In this document: positions 33,701 through 40,920 of the stretch, one piece after another
How positions within the stretch are numbered: the first letter of the stretch is position 1
Layout: every line of letters begins with the position of its first letter
Source: a virus
Reading direction: 5' to 3' (one strand)
DNA length: 41,172 bases
Virus record (IMG/VR): IMGVR_UViG_3300045988_010662
Span: 1-41,172 of that record
The notes under the pieces: generated by a model
Told to the model about the DNA's origin: nothing
What the model saw: the letters and a program-made list of their open reading frames with translations, nothing else
The model's database searches: none
Program-made: the position numbers and the translations under genes

Positions 33701-35902
33701 ACCATCTTAAACGATGAGGGTAAAAGCATATCGTTTGAAAATGCAGTACAAGAAATCATTGGTGAGGCTACAGAAACATTTGGTGGTGCAACTGGTGATG
33801 TGTTTAACAAACTCAATAACCAAACTAAAACAGATGCAGTAAGTGGTAAACTATATGGTTTCCACTTAGCGTTGATGAAAGTTGAAACATTCCTAAGACG
33901 AATGGGTGGCGGTAAAAATGGGTTTGCGGTTAAATATATCTATGACCCAATCAGTAGAGCAACGCAAGCGTTCAATGAACGTAAGGAAACATCAATGCGT
34001 AGATTGGCCAAGGATGTAGGAATATATTCCAAACGTGAACTATTTGATATGCGTAATGACCACTTATACACAGTTGGTGAGTTACACGGCTTAACCAAAG
34101 AGCAACTTATCATGATTGCCCTTAACTGGGGTACAGAAAGCAATAGACAACGTGTAATGGAAACTACAAAGGCGAATGAAGTCGATATTGAACGTGCATT
34201 CCAAGAGCATATGACAGATAAAGACTGGGAATTTGTTATTCGTACATGGGATCATATCAATTCATTCTTTGAAGAGCGTAGTAGAGTACAAGAGGAACTT
34301 TACGGAAACCCATTAAAGAAAGTAGAGGGTTTATCTTTCACTATCGGTGGTAGAAATATTGAGGGGCAATATTTCCCAATCGTGTATAACCCTAAAGTAA
34401 ATGCATCTGTTAGCGACAATCAAGTTGAAGATATTGCTAAAACTATGGTAAGTAGTAATGCAGTATGGGGAACTGGTATGAGCGCCACTAAAAGCCGGTT
34501 AGATGTAGTAAAAGATAAATCTCTATTGCTTGATTTTGATGTAATTCCTAATGCTATCACAGAGGCTATTAACCACGTTACAATGCGTAAAGCGGTAACT
34601 GATGTTAATAAGCTAATCTCTAATCGTGAACTACAAAACTATATTGTTGATAAGTTTGGTGCTGATACCTACCAATTCTTGCGTACATGGGTTCGTGATA
34701 ACTGGCAAGATGAGGCAGCGAAAACAAATGATATTGATAGACTTATTCTTACATTGAAGAAAAATACATCAACGGCGGTAATGGCTGGGCGTGTATCTGT
34801 AGCATTGCAAAATGCGTTGAACTTACCAGTTGCGTTCTATCGTATCGGTGTAGGTAAGACCATTAGAGCCATCAATCATGCTGGTATTGGTTTTTACGGA
34901 CACGGCACAACCACTTATAACAACACTAGAGATTTTGTATTAGGTCAATCAATCTTCATGCGTGAGCGCATCCAGACATTAGATAAAGACTTGAAACAAG
35001 GGTTATCTATTGCTGGTAAAGGCTTACGTTTAGGTGATACAAATATTGGTGGTTATAAGGTTGAACAACTTGCTGATATTCGTGATGATATAAATCAAAT
35101 GGGGTTCAGGTTACTTACGGAAACAGACTTTGCATTATCCATCCCAGTATGGAAATTTGCATATGATCAAAAGCAAGCTGAACTCTTTGGTAAAGAGGGT
35201 GTAAGTGCTGAATGGGTAGAGCAACAATCTGTTGAGGCTGGTGACAGAGCAGTACGTGATATATTTGGTAGCGGTGATACAAAGGATGCTGCTGCTATTC
35301 AACGTTCACGTTCTACATTCACTCAATTATTCGTTCCGTTCTATTCCTACGCTAATACACTTTATAACATTATCACAGAGGGTAACTATGCACGTAAGGA
35401 TAACGGCGATTATGCAAGGTTCGTTAAAATGCTATGGTGGACATTGATTTCACAGGCTATCGGTATGATGGCTTACAAAGCCTTAACGAATGGCGATGAT
35501 GACAAACCAGAAGATTTAGCTAAGTCATTTATCGAAGAGTTAGTTTCACAAGGTACTATGGGTGTACCAATCATCCGTGATATGTCAAATATGGCTATGA
35601 AATACATTCTAGGTGAAAAGGTATTCAATAAAGGTAATAGCGTTATGGCTTTGAGTATCGTTGAGAAATTCTACGATGTTGGTAATGCTATTATCAACGA
35701 TAAAAAAGATGGTGTTGATTTAGGTAGAAGTCTTAGTCAGTTGGCGAACAGGGCAACTGGTTTTAGTGATACTGTAACAGATGGACTATGGACATTGGCT
35801 AAATATGCGTTCACCGATACCGATGCAGCCTTAGAAGATGTAATCATGGCTATTGTATTTGACCGTAGATTAAAAACTAAAAAAGACAAAAAGAAACATT
35901 GA
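27731..35902 (+). CDS. Giant (2,723 aa) ejected core / polyvalent protein with ART-like and zincin-like modules (gp16 slot)
   Basis: One uninterrupted ORF. It has Gly/Ala-rich hydrophobic segments near the N-terminus, WHGS at 31076-31087, GLYFAKKKSVSRNY from about 31157, and HEMGH at 31985-31999. Confidence 0.8.
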   Translation: MNKITPEQATKGTFGIKSNANVGFVGGVQQEVTDNSYSKAIGNAVSGISDWVTKDPSTATVDVNAMNALTQTDVTPQQSENFVNKAGEILQPVMHRAEQIYLWNKADWAQSAYDSGEALGISPDIIMASGQDGIRRAEAAAAQINRGKTLNEVYELYPELVGINYKNSAEAITTLQNLQSVKDTHGVWDSIQQNTWAINDQIKLGKVGMELSTATDPQRIQELNDEVERLQSNLSKYRKSDDNNVLENVVGATASQVYMMAAHAIMGSNRAAEGMALGAAAGVAATAPFGGEGAIPGALVGLNTGVQVGMAEQMYQMSFGNKYLELIQKRDANGNQVYSNEEARKYAMSYAAIDAGIEFVATKAIGKGINNVAPKSALAKVITNGTTDIAATFDRGIGTTVAQMAKNSIKAGVPELFEEGLQDINEKVQHNLTRKDNDLEGYYSVGDIAIGSLDAMKQALPAVIGFGAIGGAVGGVRTAKAFRDFQKLTPEQQQAAIIAEQNRNGAVIMDNVRKDSTTNKIAKENPELYGKIVQAQGDKVGVSTQYVDVAELVQSENGQLAIRDMVDNGLVTQEEVKAAIEADAPVEIPIGSYAQVSMNLSDETVDALKQTSYFTRGGMSLATLERAKQEVDIAKSVLKDDTSKRAERIKDDIIRNEFEGASDIDREVLNEVLSDPTNIKRNFNNLLHTLKEQYRENYASDFDNADKSINDAVSTGIEPQWLVDYKANNGGKAPRTNAERRRAAYEYSRATTTASLDGNADALAQSDAHYADMEYMLMQIESLEAMKDKVFELANNDIALRMQLSKSGYDVYNEVVKAISESTNRKQRETAKANALLMAQHADIMAQYMRQMGKGGYIAMDYFRDSVRINMNAKLGEKGGYAQPLNVDVDLNHRLQVVDLTNLKTNLKTEKDIIDLFKNTPPQAVMIEDGKVIVLPPDDINGIKHIPYGTQKGKKIANKKRRIVEDIANILQHSVLIDSSPNNKIGRSKSGMSANQRKSQNRKNTIVNYHNLLSAIRINGNYYAVRFVAEEKQGHLTVYPRTVYLYDIIMQKSSTTSRPTQSGNSQAVGQMTSNTAFDTISIKDILNGVKDGKGVLYVDNNGNGNYYTQTYNQSAWHGSPHDFDTFDLGAIGTGEGNQAHGWGLYFAKKKSVSRNYQKELSKRLGTTNPKLFKVEIPDEKTMLDEDKYFKEQNKDIINKIVSAVNNLEIDKRKALLDHYKEHPAYPVNKEYEKILGKIQSINQDREYITDALVNNVSKIKEKIAREAAAEYGYNFDELKADNTFEMAKKLIGEINEKLSALEKEKEVEGAKEKIKEDKILESIGDTFTKTPYTGRDVYVALSKAFGGDKGASEFLNSTGVKGITYDGYTDGRCYVVFDDKAIKVIEKYNQSINGMTEIMKDGERIISIFKTADRSTFLHEMGHVFFDDIQKLASMENAPEQLVTDWNKLKEWSGWVDGENVDNTKAHEKFARGWESYLRSGEAPTSALQRVFRQFSKWLTYIYRSVQRLGGEVPTDIKDVMARMIATQEDIEVYAEQQQLEQFEKTELYKQLSEQDQARMQSYIADVKEKAKERVMRKLMKELDNRPIKEWEEEKDAIQIEIEKRLIEQYPIYKEHQRYNVFGEGALKDTRYNSIEELEKVEVEQTGTTFNDAINQEMDNAKAEFMSDNNVGKTNEQIAEEILLSTQGQMRLTEEESKIIQKSTNRELAKNWELLERIRKLDPNAETIDTELSEIEKEVKPTKYDELKSDKKKVDAALSDTTKQLEKAEERIKRLQYMLNNRINNVRSIRGAGLGTISDYMNRARKELGELPISNAIQFKTYQNKAVTAGKKADRALAIGDVDKALGFKREQMLQQARARVAFENFEKSKKLRLKLKQQLQRMTRPKNPIAIEPNMRYFYAHMAYQMGLTKYDGLAPTDGFDMNTVLSALDVDALILNQQSMVQLEPWIAEMFYSKTPKSFKSITMNELETLEELMTGMYKNGRNEYEGTTILNDEGKSISFENAVQEIIGEATETFGGATGDVFNKLNNQTKTDAVSGKLYGFHLALMKVETFLRRMGGGKNGFAVKYIYDPISRATQAFNERKETSMRRLAKDVGIYSKRELFDMRNDHLYTVGELHGLTKEQLIMIALNWGTESNRQRVMETTKANEVDIERAFQEHMTDKDWEFVIRTWDHINSFFEERSRVQEELYGNPLKKVEGLSFTIGGRNIEGQYFPIVYNPKVNASVSDNQVEDIAKTMVSSNAVWGTGMSATKSRLDVVKDKSLLLDFDVIPNAITEAINHVTMRKAVTDVNKLISNRELQNYIVDKFGADTYQFLRTWVRDNWQDEAAKTNDIDRLILTLKKNTSTAVMAGRVSVALQNALNLPVAFYRIGVGKTIRAINHAGIGFYGHGTTTYNNTRDFVLGQSIFMRERIQTLDKDLKQGLSIAGKGLRLGDTNIGGYKVEQLADIRDDINQMGFRLLTETDFALSIPVWKFAYDQKQAELFGKEGVSAEWVEQQSVEAGDRAVRDIFGSGDTKDAAAIQRSRSTFTQLFVPFYSYANTLYNIITEGNYARKDNGDYARFVKMLWWTLISQAIGMMAYKALTNGDDDKPEDLAKSFIEELVSQGTMGVPIIRDMSNMAMKYILGEKVFNKGNSVMALSIVEKFYDVGNAIINDKKDGVDLGRSLSQLANRATGFSDTVTDGLWTLAKYAFTDTDAALEDVIMAIVFDRRLKTKKDKKKH

Positions 35903-35908
35903 TAAATA

Positions 35909-35940
35909 AGGACTATCCATTATGGGTAGTCCTATTTATA
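35909..35940 (+). terminator. Hairpin / probable terminator after the giant gene
   Basis: aggactatcca-tta-tgggtagtcct (11 bp, one G-U pair), followed by atttatatat. Confidence 0.5.
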
Positions 35941-35962
35941 TATATTGAAAGGGGATGTTAAA

Positions 35963-38900
35963 TTGACACCAGAAGTACTTAGACCATCTGTAACGTATCA
36001 ATGCGATGGGGTAAATAAGCGTTTTATTTTCCCTTACGATTTCGTGCAAATCGAGGATATTCGCTTAATCGTGGTTGACCTTGACGGAACAGAGGAAGTG
36101 CAAACACACAACATCGCATATGATGAAATGGATAAGGCTATTATTTATCCGAATGACGGCGATGCATTGGCCAATGGTAAGAAAGTTATCCTTGAACGTG
36201 TTACTCCGATTTCACAAGATACAGATTTACCTGATGAGTACCCATTCGAGAATATCGAACATTCAACAGATAAAATCATTATGATTTTGCAAGAAATGAA
36301 AGCGGAACTTAACCGCAGTTTAAAGGTAAGACCACATAGCGATGAGAACCCTGACGAGTTAGTGAAATTGATTGTTGAGCGTTCTGTAAAAGCTGCAGAA
36401 GATGCAGTAAAAGCGGTAGCAACGATTGAGGCTAAAACCGATAAGGTGGCTACTGATTTAGATACTATCAGTCAGTTAAACGCAGAAATTAAAGCATTGG
36501 CAGAACGTGCGGAAACTGCTGCTGAGAAAGCTGAGCAAGTATCGTTCCCCAACGCAAAAGGTTTGGTTACAAAAGCTGATGCGGATGCAAAGTATCAAAC
36601 TAAAGATAGTTTAACAGGTATCGTATCAGTAAAAGACTTTGGAGCGGTTGGTGATGGCGTAGCTGACGATACCGCAGCGTTCAAGAAAGCTAATAACAAC
36701 TTAGAAAACAAAATCCTATTTGTGCCTAGTGGTATTTATAAGTTAAATGAACACATCACATTTAACACAGTAGGTTCTGTAATGGATATGGGTACATATT
36801 CCAATATTAAGCCGTTCTATCCTACTGAAACTCCAATGCTAAAAGGTGCTAATAATATTGCGTTTGTAAAAAATATCCAGTATAGCGAAGAGGTCAACCA
36901 ATGCCAAGGGTTTACCTATAATGATAAAAAGAATGTATTCGTGTTAGCTTGTATCAATGGCTATGGCACAACTCAAATCTTATATGAATTGAATGCTGAT
37001 ACATTGGAAATCGTAGGCACATACAAATATAATGACCCAGACAAAATGGGGCATTGCAACACTATGTGCTACAACAAAAACACCAATAAGATTTATTTGG
37101 CCAATGGATTAAAAAATGGTAACAACCTAACAGTACTTGATGCGGATACAATGCAATATGAACGCACTATTACATTAAATGAACGTGTATTTAATATTGC
37201 CTATGACCATATTACACGCACTTATGCAAGCATCGTACCTATTAGCGGTAATAAACGTGTTCGTCAAATTAACTTATACAACGATGATTTCGTCAAAATG
37301 AAATCGTATCAAGTTGACTACCAATACGATGATTTCAATAACAATGGTGCGTTCATGCTAAATGGTTGCATCATGAGTGCTACGTTGGGTAGCCTTGTAG
37401 AATGCACTCCATTTGGTACAGTTAAACAAATCATCGAGATTAACCCTAAGACTGAAATTGAAGATATTGCATATTACAATGGCAAATTCTATTTTGCGGT
37501 TTTGACTATGCAATCTAATAAGCGACATAAAGTAGATATTTATGTTGGTGATCCAAGCCGTGAATATGAAAACTCTATCAACACGCAAAAATTAACTAGC
37601 CTTGATTACCTAAAATTAACTGGTGGCAATGTAACTGGTGCAATTAAAATGGCTAACAATACATTGATTGAGGGTTTCAAGCCTGACGGTCATGGTGTTG
37701 GCATGGCTAAAGTATCTGCAAATGGCAACGTAGAACTTGGCGATGCATCTGTTAATACATTCATTAAGGGTAAAGAGTTTAAATATTATGATGGTACAGA
37801 TAGCTATACAGTACTAACCACAAAACACTATGGAACTGCAATCTACAACAAAAACCAAATTGATGATGCGTTTGTTAAGAAAGGTGATGTAGATGCTATC
37901 TCTAATGGCGCTAATAAACAAATGACTATCACACATCCACTATTTGCAGATAGTGCTATAGAAAGTGGTGATTGTACCTTTGTTGGTGTAGATGGCAAAT
38001 GGTTTATTATCGATAGTTTACAGAAAACAGATGCTAACTTAAATTCCATTCTTAAATGCATGACAGATAATAACATTGAGAAGTTTGAGTTTGGCTTTGT
38101 ATCACATTATCATAACGACCATATTGGGAATTTTGCAGAACTCATCAAGCGTGGCAAAATCGCTAAAATGTATTTACCTAACCCTGATAAGACCGAAGTA
38201 ATTGGTAGCTATGGTATGACCGCACAAGTACTCAATACGATTGCTAATGGTATTAAGGCGGAATGTACTGCTAAGAGCGTTCCAATAGAAACTATCGAGC
38301 CTAAGACAATCGATTTCAATGGCGCATCCATCACGTTCTATAACTGTAGTGATGAAGATTATGCGTATTATAAGTCAATCAACAATGATGATTACAATAA
38401 CTTATCCGCTTGTTTAGAAATAAACTATCTAAACCGCACTGCAATATTTGAGGGTGATAGTAATTATCACGCTATGGAACGAAATGCAATGCGTAACCCA
38501 GCTAATGTTGATTATTTAAAATCTAATCATCATGGCATTTCGCAAGTACCTATTTCATACCGCAAGTTGAACCCTAGAGATGTAATGATTACTGCTACAC
38601 GAACTTTTGGTAGAGAGAATTTGTTTGTATCAAACTATCAAGCTACATTCTTACAAATGGGGTGTAATTTGTATTTGTTAGGCGATCAGATTGTGCCACC
38701 TAAAATTACTTACTATGGAAACGGACATATCGAATACAATAGGGAACTGTTAAGAGATGGTACTGCTGGTCAAGCAACATCATTAGAAATCTATGTAGAT
38801 AGAAATTACACAGGCTCACTAAAAACTGGTGATGCACATTCTCCATTTACACATTTAGCGGATGCAGTACGTTTTATCAACAACACTAAGCACGCTATTG

Positions 38901-39703
38901 TAACAGTTAAAATTAGTGCTGGTGAATACACTAGACCTGATGATATTGGATATACAGGTAATAACCATAAAGAACTACGATTGCTGAATATCCATAATAA
39001 AGTAACCTTCACAACAAATGGTAGTGGTATAGCTAATTTGCCGCCTATGTTTATTGGGTACTGTAAAAATATCTACTTTAAAAATGTATCGTTCTTGGGT
39101 ACAAGTGGTAGTTATAACCGCAAAATTCAAATTGTAGATACAACGTGTATGTTTGAAAATTGTAAGTTAGATAGCGTTAAACAAGCCACAGACAAAGATA
39201 GTAATAATGTAGTTATTCAATCGCAAGATGATAGTATGTTGAAATTGGTTAATGTCAACTTTACTGGTGGTTGGGCTGCATTACAAGTAGTAGGCGGTAT
39301 GGTTTTATTAACTGGTACAGAAAATCATTGTAACACTAGCCATGCATATGTATTACAAAGTGGTGTGGTTATGGTCGAAACACCATTCACCGAAAAAAAC
39401 AATGTAAATAAATTTGATGATAGTGCTGCAAAAGAGGCGGGTCAAATCTATTTTAAAGCGGTTAAGAATACCGATAGTATGCCTAATAACTTACTGGCAG
39501 GTACAATCGTTCCAGCTAAGAATAGAGAGTTCCCTCAAATTACACAGTTTGTTCAGATGAAATCAACTAAATTAGCAGACTTTGTGTACTCATTGGCTAA
39601 TATTACTGAAACAACTACACCAGTATTTACTGGTCAAATTGGGTACAACGGCGAAGAAGTGTATTTTGGTATAAATGGTAAATGGGTAAAAATTAGCAAT
39701 TAG
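35963..39703 (+). CDS. Multidomain tail fibre / tailspike with an embedded MBL-fold domain
   Basis: Four modules are visible. (1) N-terminus TYQCDGVNKRFIFPYDF (T7-type fibre adaptor pattern). (2) VSVKDFGAVGDGVADDTAAF (pectate-lyase_3-type motif). (3) HYHNDH at 38105-38122, plus FEGDSNYH and LKSNHHGIS. (4) C-terminal beta-helix-like repeats. TTG 35963 follows GAAAGGGGA; the track start is 35945. Confidence 0.8.
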   Translation: MTPEVLRPSVTYQCDGVNKRFIFPYDFVQIEDIRLIVVDLDGTEEVQTHNIAYDEMDKAIIYPNDGDALANGKKVILERVTPISQDTDLPDEYPFENIEHSTDKIIMILQEMKAELNRSLKVRPHSDENPDELVKLIVERSVKAAEDAVKAVATIEAKTDKVATDLDTISQLNAEIKALAERAETAAEKAEQVSFPNAKGLVTKADADAKYQTKDSLTGIVSVKDFGAVGDGVADDTAAFKKANNNLENKILFVPSGIYKLNEHITFNTVGSVMDMGTYSNIKPFYPTETPMLKGANNIAFVKNIQYSEEVNQCQGFTYNDKKNVFVLACINGYGTTQILYELNADTLEIVGTYKYNDPDKMGHCNTMCYNKNTNKIYLANGLKNGNNLTVLDADTMQYERTITLNERVFNIAYDHITRTYASIVPISGNKRVRQINLYNDDFVKMKSYQVDYQYDDFNNNGAFMLNGCIMSATLGSLVECTPFGTVKQIIEINPKTEIEDIAYYNGKFYFAVLTMQSNKRHKVDIYVGDPSREYENSINTQKLTSLDYLKLTGGNVTGAIKMANNTLIEGFKPDGHGVGMAKVSANGNVELGDASVNTFIKGKEFKYYDGTDSYTVLTTKHYGTAIYNKNQIDDAFVKKGDVDAISNGANKQMTITHPLFADSAIESGDCTFVGVDGKWFIIDSLQKTDANLNSILKCMTDNNIEKFEFGFVSHYHNDHIGNFAELIKRGKIAKMYLPNPDKTEVIGSYGMTAQVLNTIANGIKAECTAKSVPIETIEPKTIDFNGASITFYNCSDEDYAYYKSINNDDYNNLSACLEINYLNRTAIFEGDSNYHAMERNAMRNPANVDYLKSNHHGISQVPISYRKLNPRDVMITATRTFGRENLFVSNYQATFLQMGCNLYLLGDQIVPPKITYYGNGHIEYNRELLRDGTAGQATSLEIYVDRNYTGSLKTGDAHSPFTHLADAVRFINNTKHAIVTVKISAGEYTRPDDIGYTGNNHKELRLLNIHNKVTFTTNGSGIANLPPMFIGYCKNIYFKNVSFLGTSGSYNRKIQIVDTTCMFENCKLDSVKQATDKDSNNVVIQSQDDSMLKLVNVNFTGGWAALQVVGGMVLLTGTENHCNTSHAYVLQSGVVMVETPFTEKNNVNKFDDSAAKEAGQIYFKAVKNTDSMPNNLLAGTIVPAKNREFPQITQFVQMKSTKLADFVYSLANITETTTPVFTGQIGYNGEEVYFGINGKWVKISN

Positions 39704-39713
39704 GGGAGAATAA

Positions 39714-40259
39714 ATGATAGAAGTTGTATTAGCGCCTTTCATGGTAGAGGGGTTTAACATGGTAGAGGCGGTGAGAATATCACTAGCTATATTTACAAGT
39801 GTTGTGTTGGTTTTTATTGATACATTGTTGCGTGTCTTAGTTGAGGCACGTAATTTTAATTTGGCTACTAATAGAGAATTAACCATTAAGAATATGTTCC
39901 TTGCAATCATATGGCGAGGATGGGCGAGCGTTGAAGTCAACGGACACCAACGAAGATTTCTAGTAAGCGGAAAACTACGAGCGGACATGACAAAAAAATT
40001 AGTTAAGTCTTATCCTTGGTTATTCCTCTTATCATTCATTCTCTTAACCTTGCCTGATGTGGATATTCCTATGTTAGGTCGTATTGATGTGTTCTTGTCT
40101 ACGCTACTATATCTAGTGCCTATTATGGTTGAGTTAGCATCTATTGTGGAGAATATGATTGAACTAGAATTTGTAGAAAGTGCATGGTTTAAACGTGCGA
40201 TGAAATTGGTTAAAGAGTTGATAGAGTTCGTTAAATCAATAAAGGATGCGATTAAATGA
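39714..40259 (+). CDS. Holin (phage_holin_4-like)
   Basis: Multiple TM helices and a VELASIVENMIE motif resembling the E-x-x-S-I-x-EN signature. Sits directly after the tail fibre gene. Confidence 0.6.
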   Translation: MIEVVLAPFMVEGFNMVEAVRISLAIFTSVVLVFIDTLLRVLVEARNFNLATNRELTIKNMFLAIIWRGWASVEVNGHQRRFLVSGKLRADMTKKLVKSYPWLFLLSFILLTLPDVDIPMLGRIDVFLSTLLYLVPIMVELASIVENMIELEFVESAWFKRAMKLVKELIEFVKSIKDAIK

Positions 40260-40453
40260 AAATTAATTATGAGGACACTATAACCTTAGTGGCACTAGCA
40301 ACCGCACTAATCATGACTATTTATCTTGAACAGAAAGATTTGGCAAGTGTAATAGTTGGTGTGTTAGGTGGTTATATCGGTGCTACTGGTGGTGTTAAGC
40401 GTTCCCAATATATGAAAGAACAAGAAGTAAAAAAGGAAGATACCGGGTGCTAA
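40256..40453 (+). CDS. Small membrane protein (second holin / antiholin candidate)
   Basis: 65 aa with two hydrophobic helices; ATGA overlap with the holin gene. Confidence 0.5.
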   Translation: MKINYEDTITLVALATALIMTIYLEQKDLASVIVGVLGGYIGATGGVKRSQYMKEQEVKKEDTGC

Positions 40454-40471
40454 TATTAGCACCCTCTTTTA
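40445..40471 (+). terminator. Palindromic hairpin / terminator between the holin genes and the endolysin
   Basis: A perfect 20-nt palindrome gggtgctaatattagcaccc (40445-40464) followed by tctttta. It overlaps the stop codon at 40451-40453. Confidence 0.55.
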
Positions 40472-40482
40472 GTAAAGGAGAT

Positions 40483-40896
40483 ATGAATATGAAAGTTGGT
40501 AAATATTTTGATGAAAGCGAATTTGCGTGTAAATGTGGCAATCACGGATTTCATGATGATGGCACACCTTGCCTAGACCATGTGATTGATAAACGATTGG
40601 TGGATTTGCTAGATGCAATTCGTGAACGCTTGGGTGTTCCTGTATATATTTTAAGTGGTTATCGTTGCCCTACCCATAACGCAGAAGTAGGTGGTGTATC
40701 CAACTCTCAACACGTTTTGGGTACGGCTGCAGATATTACATACGATGGAATTGATGTGGATTATTTAGCATCCGTGGCGGAAGAGTGTGCAAACGAAGTA
40801 TTGGGTGAGGGTGTTGGCATTGGTAGTTATTACTACCAAGATTTCGTGCATGTAGATGTACGTGGTTACGATGCACGATGGAACGATTTAGACTAA
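40483..40896 (+). CDS. Endolysin, peptidase M15A (zinc D,D- or L,D-peptidase)
   Basis: Zinc-ligand pattern SGYRCPTHN, SQHVLGTAADI and FVHVDVR. AAAGGAG RBS. Start is ATG 40483 or 40489. Confidence 0.85.
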   Translation: MNMKVGKYFDESEFACKCGNHGFHDDGTPCLDHVIDKRLVDLLDAIRERLGVPVYILSGYRCPTHNAEVGGVSNSQHVLGTAADITYDGIDVDYLASVAEECANEVLGEGVGIGSYYYQDFVHVDVRGYDARWNDLD

Positions 40897-40920
40897 ATTT
40901 AATTAAATGAGGTGTAAGCC

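Noticed and set aside
28735-35447. Many 60-140-aa antisense or alternative-frame ORFs inside the giant gene (e.g. 32384..32797, 30406..30705, 35232..35447)
   Set aside because: All are nested in one uninterrupted 8.2-kb ORF with recognisable motifs. They lack RBSs and have odd composition.
35945-39703. Search for a diversity-generating retroelement, prompted by the BPP-1-like virion synteny
   Set aside because: There is no reverse-transcriptase ORF anywhere in the window, and I could not see a template/variable repeat pair near the 3' end of the fibre gene.
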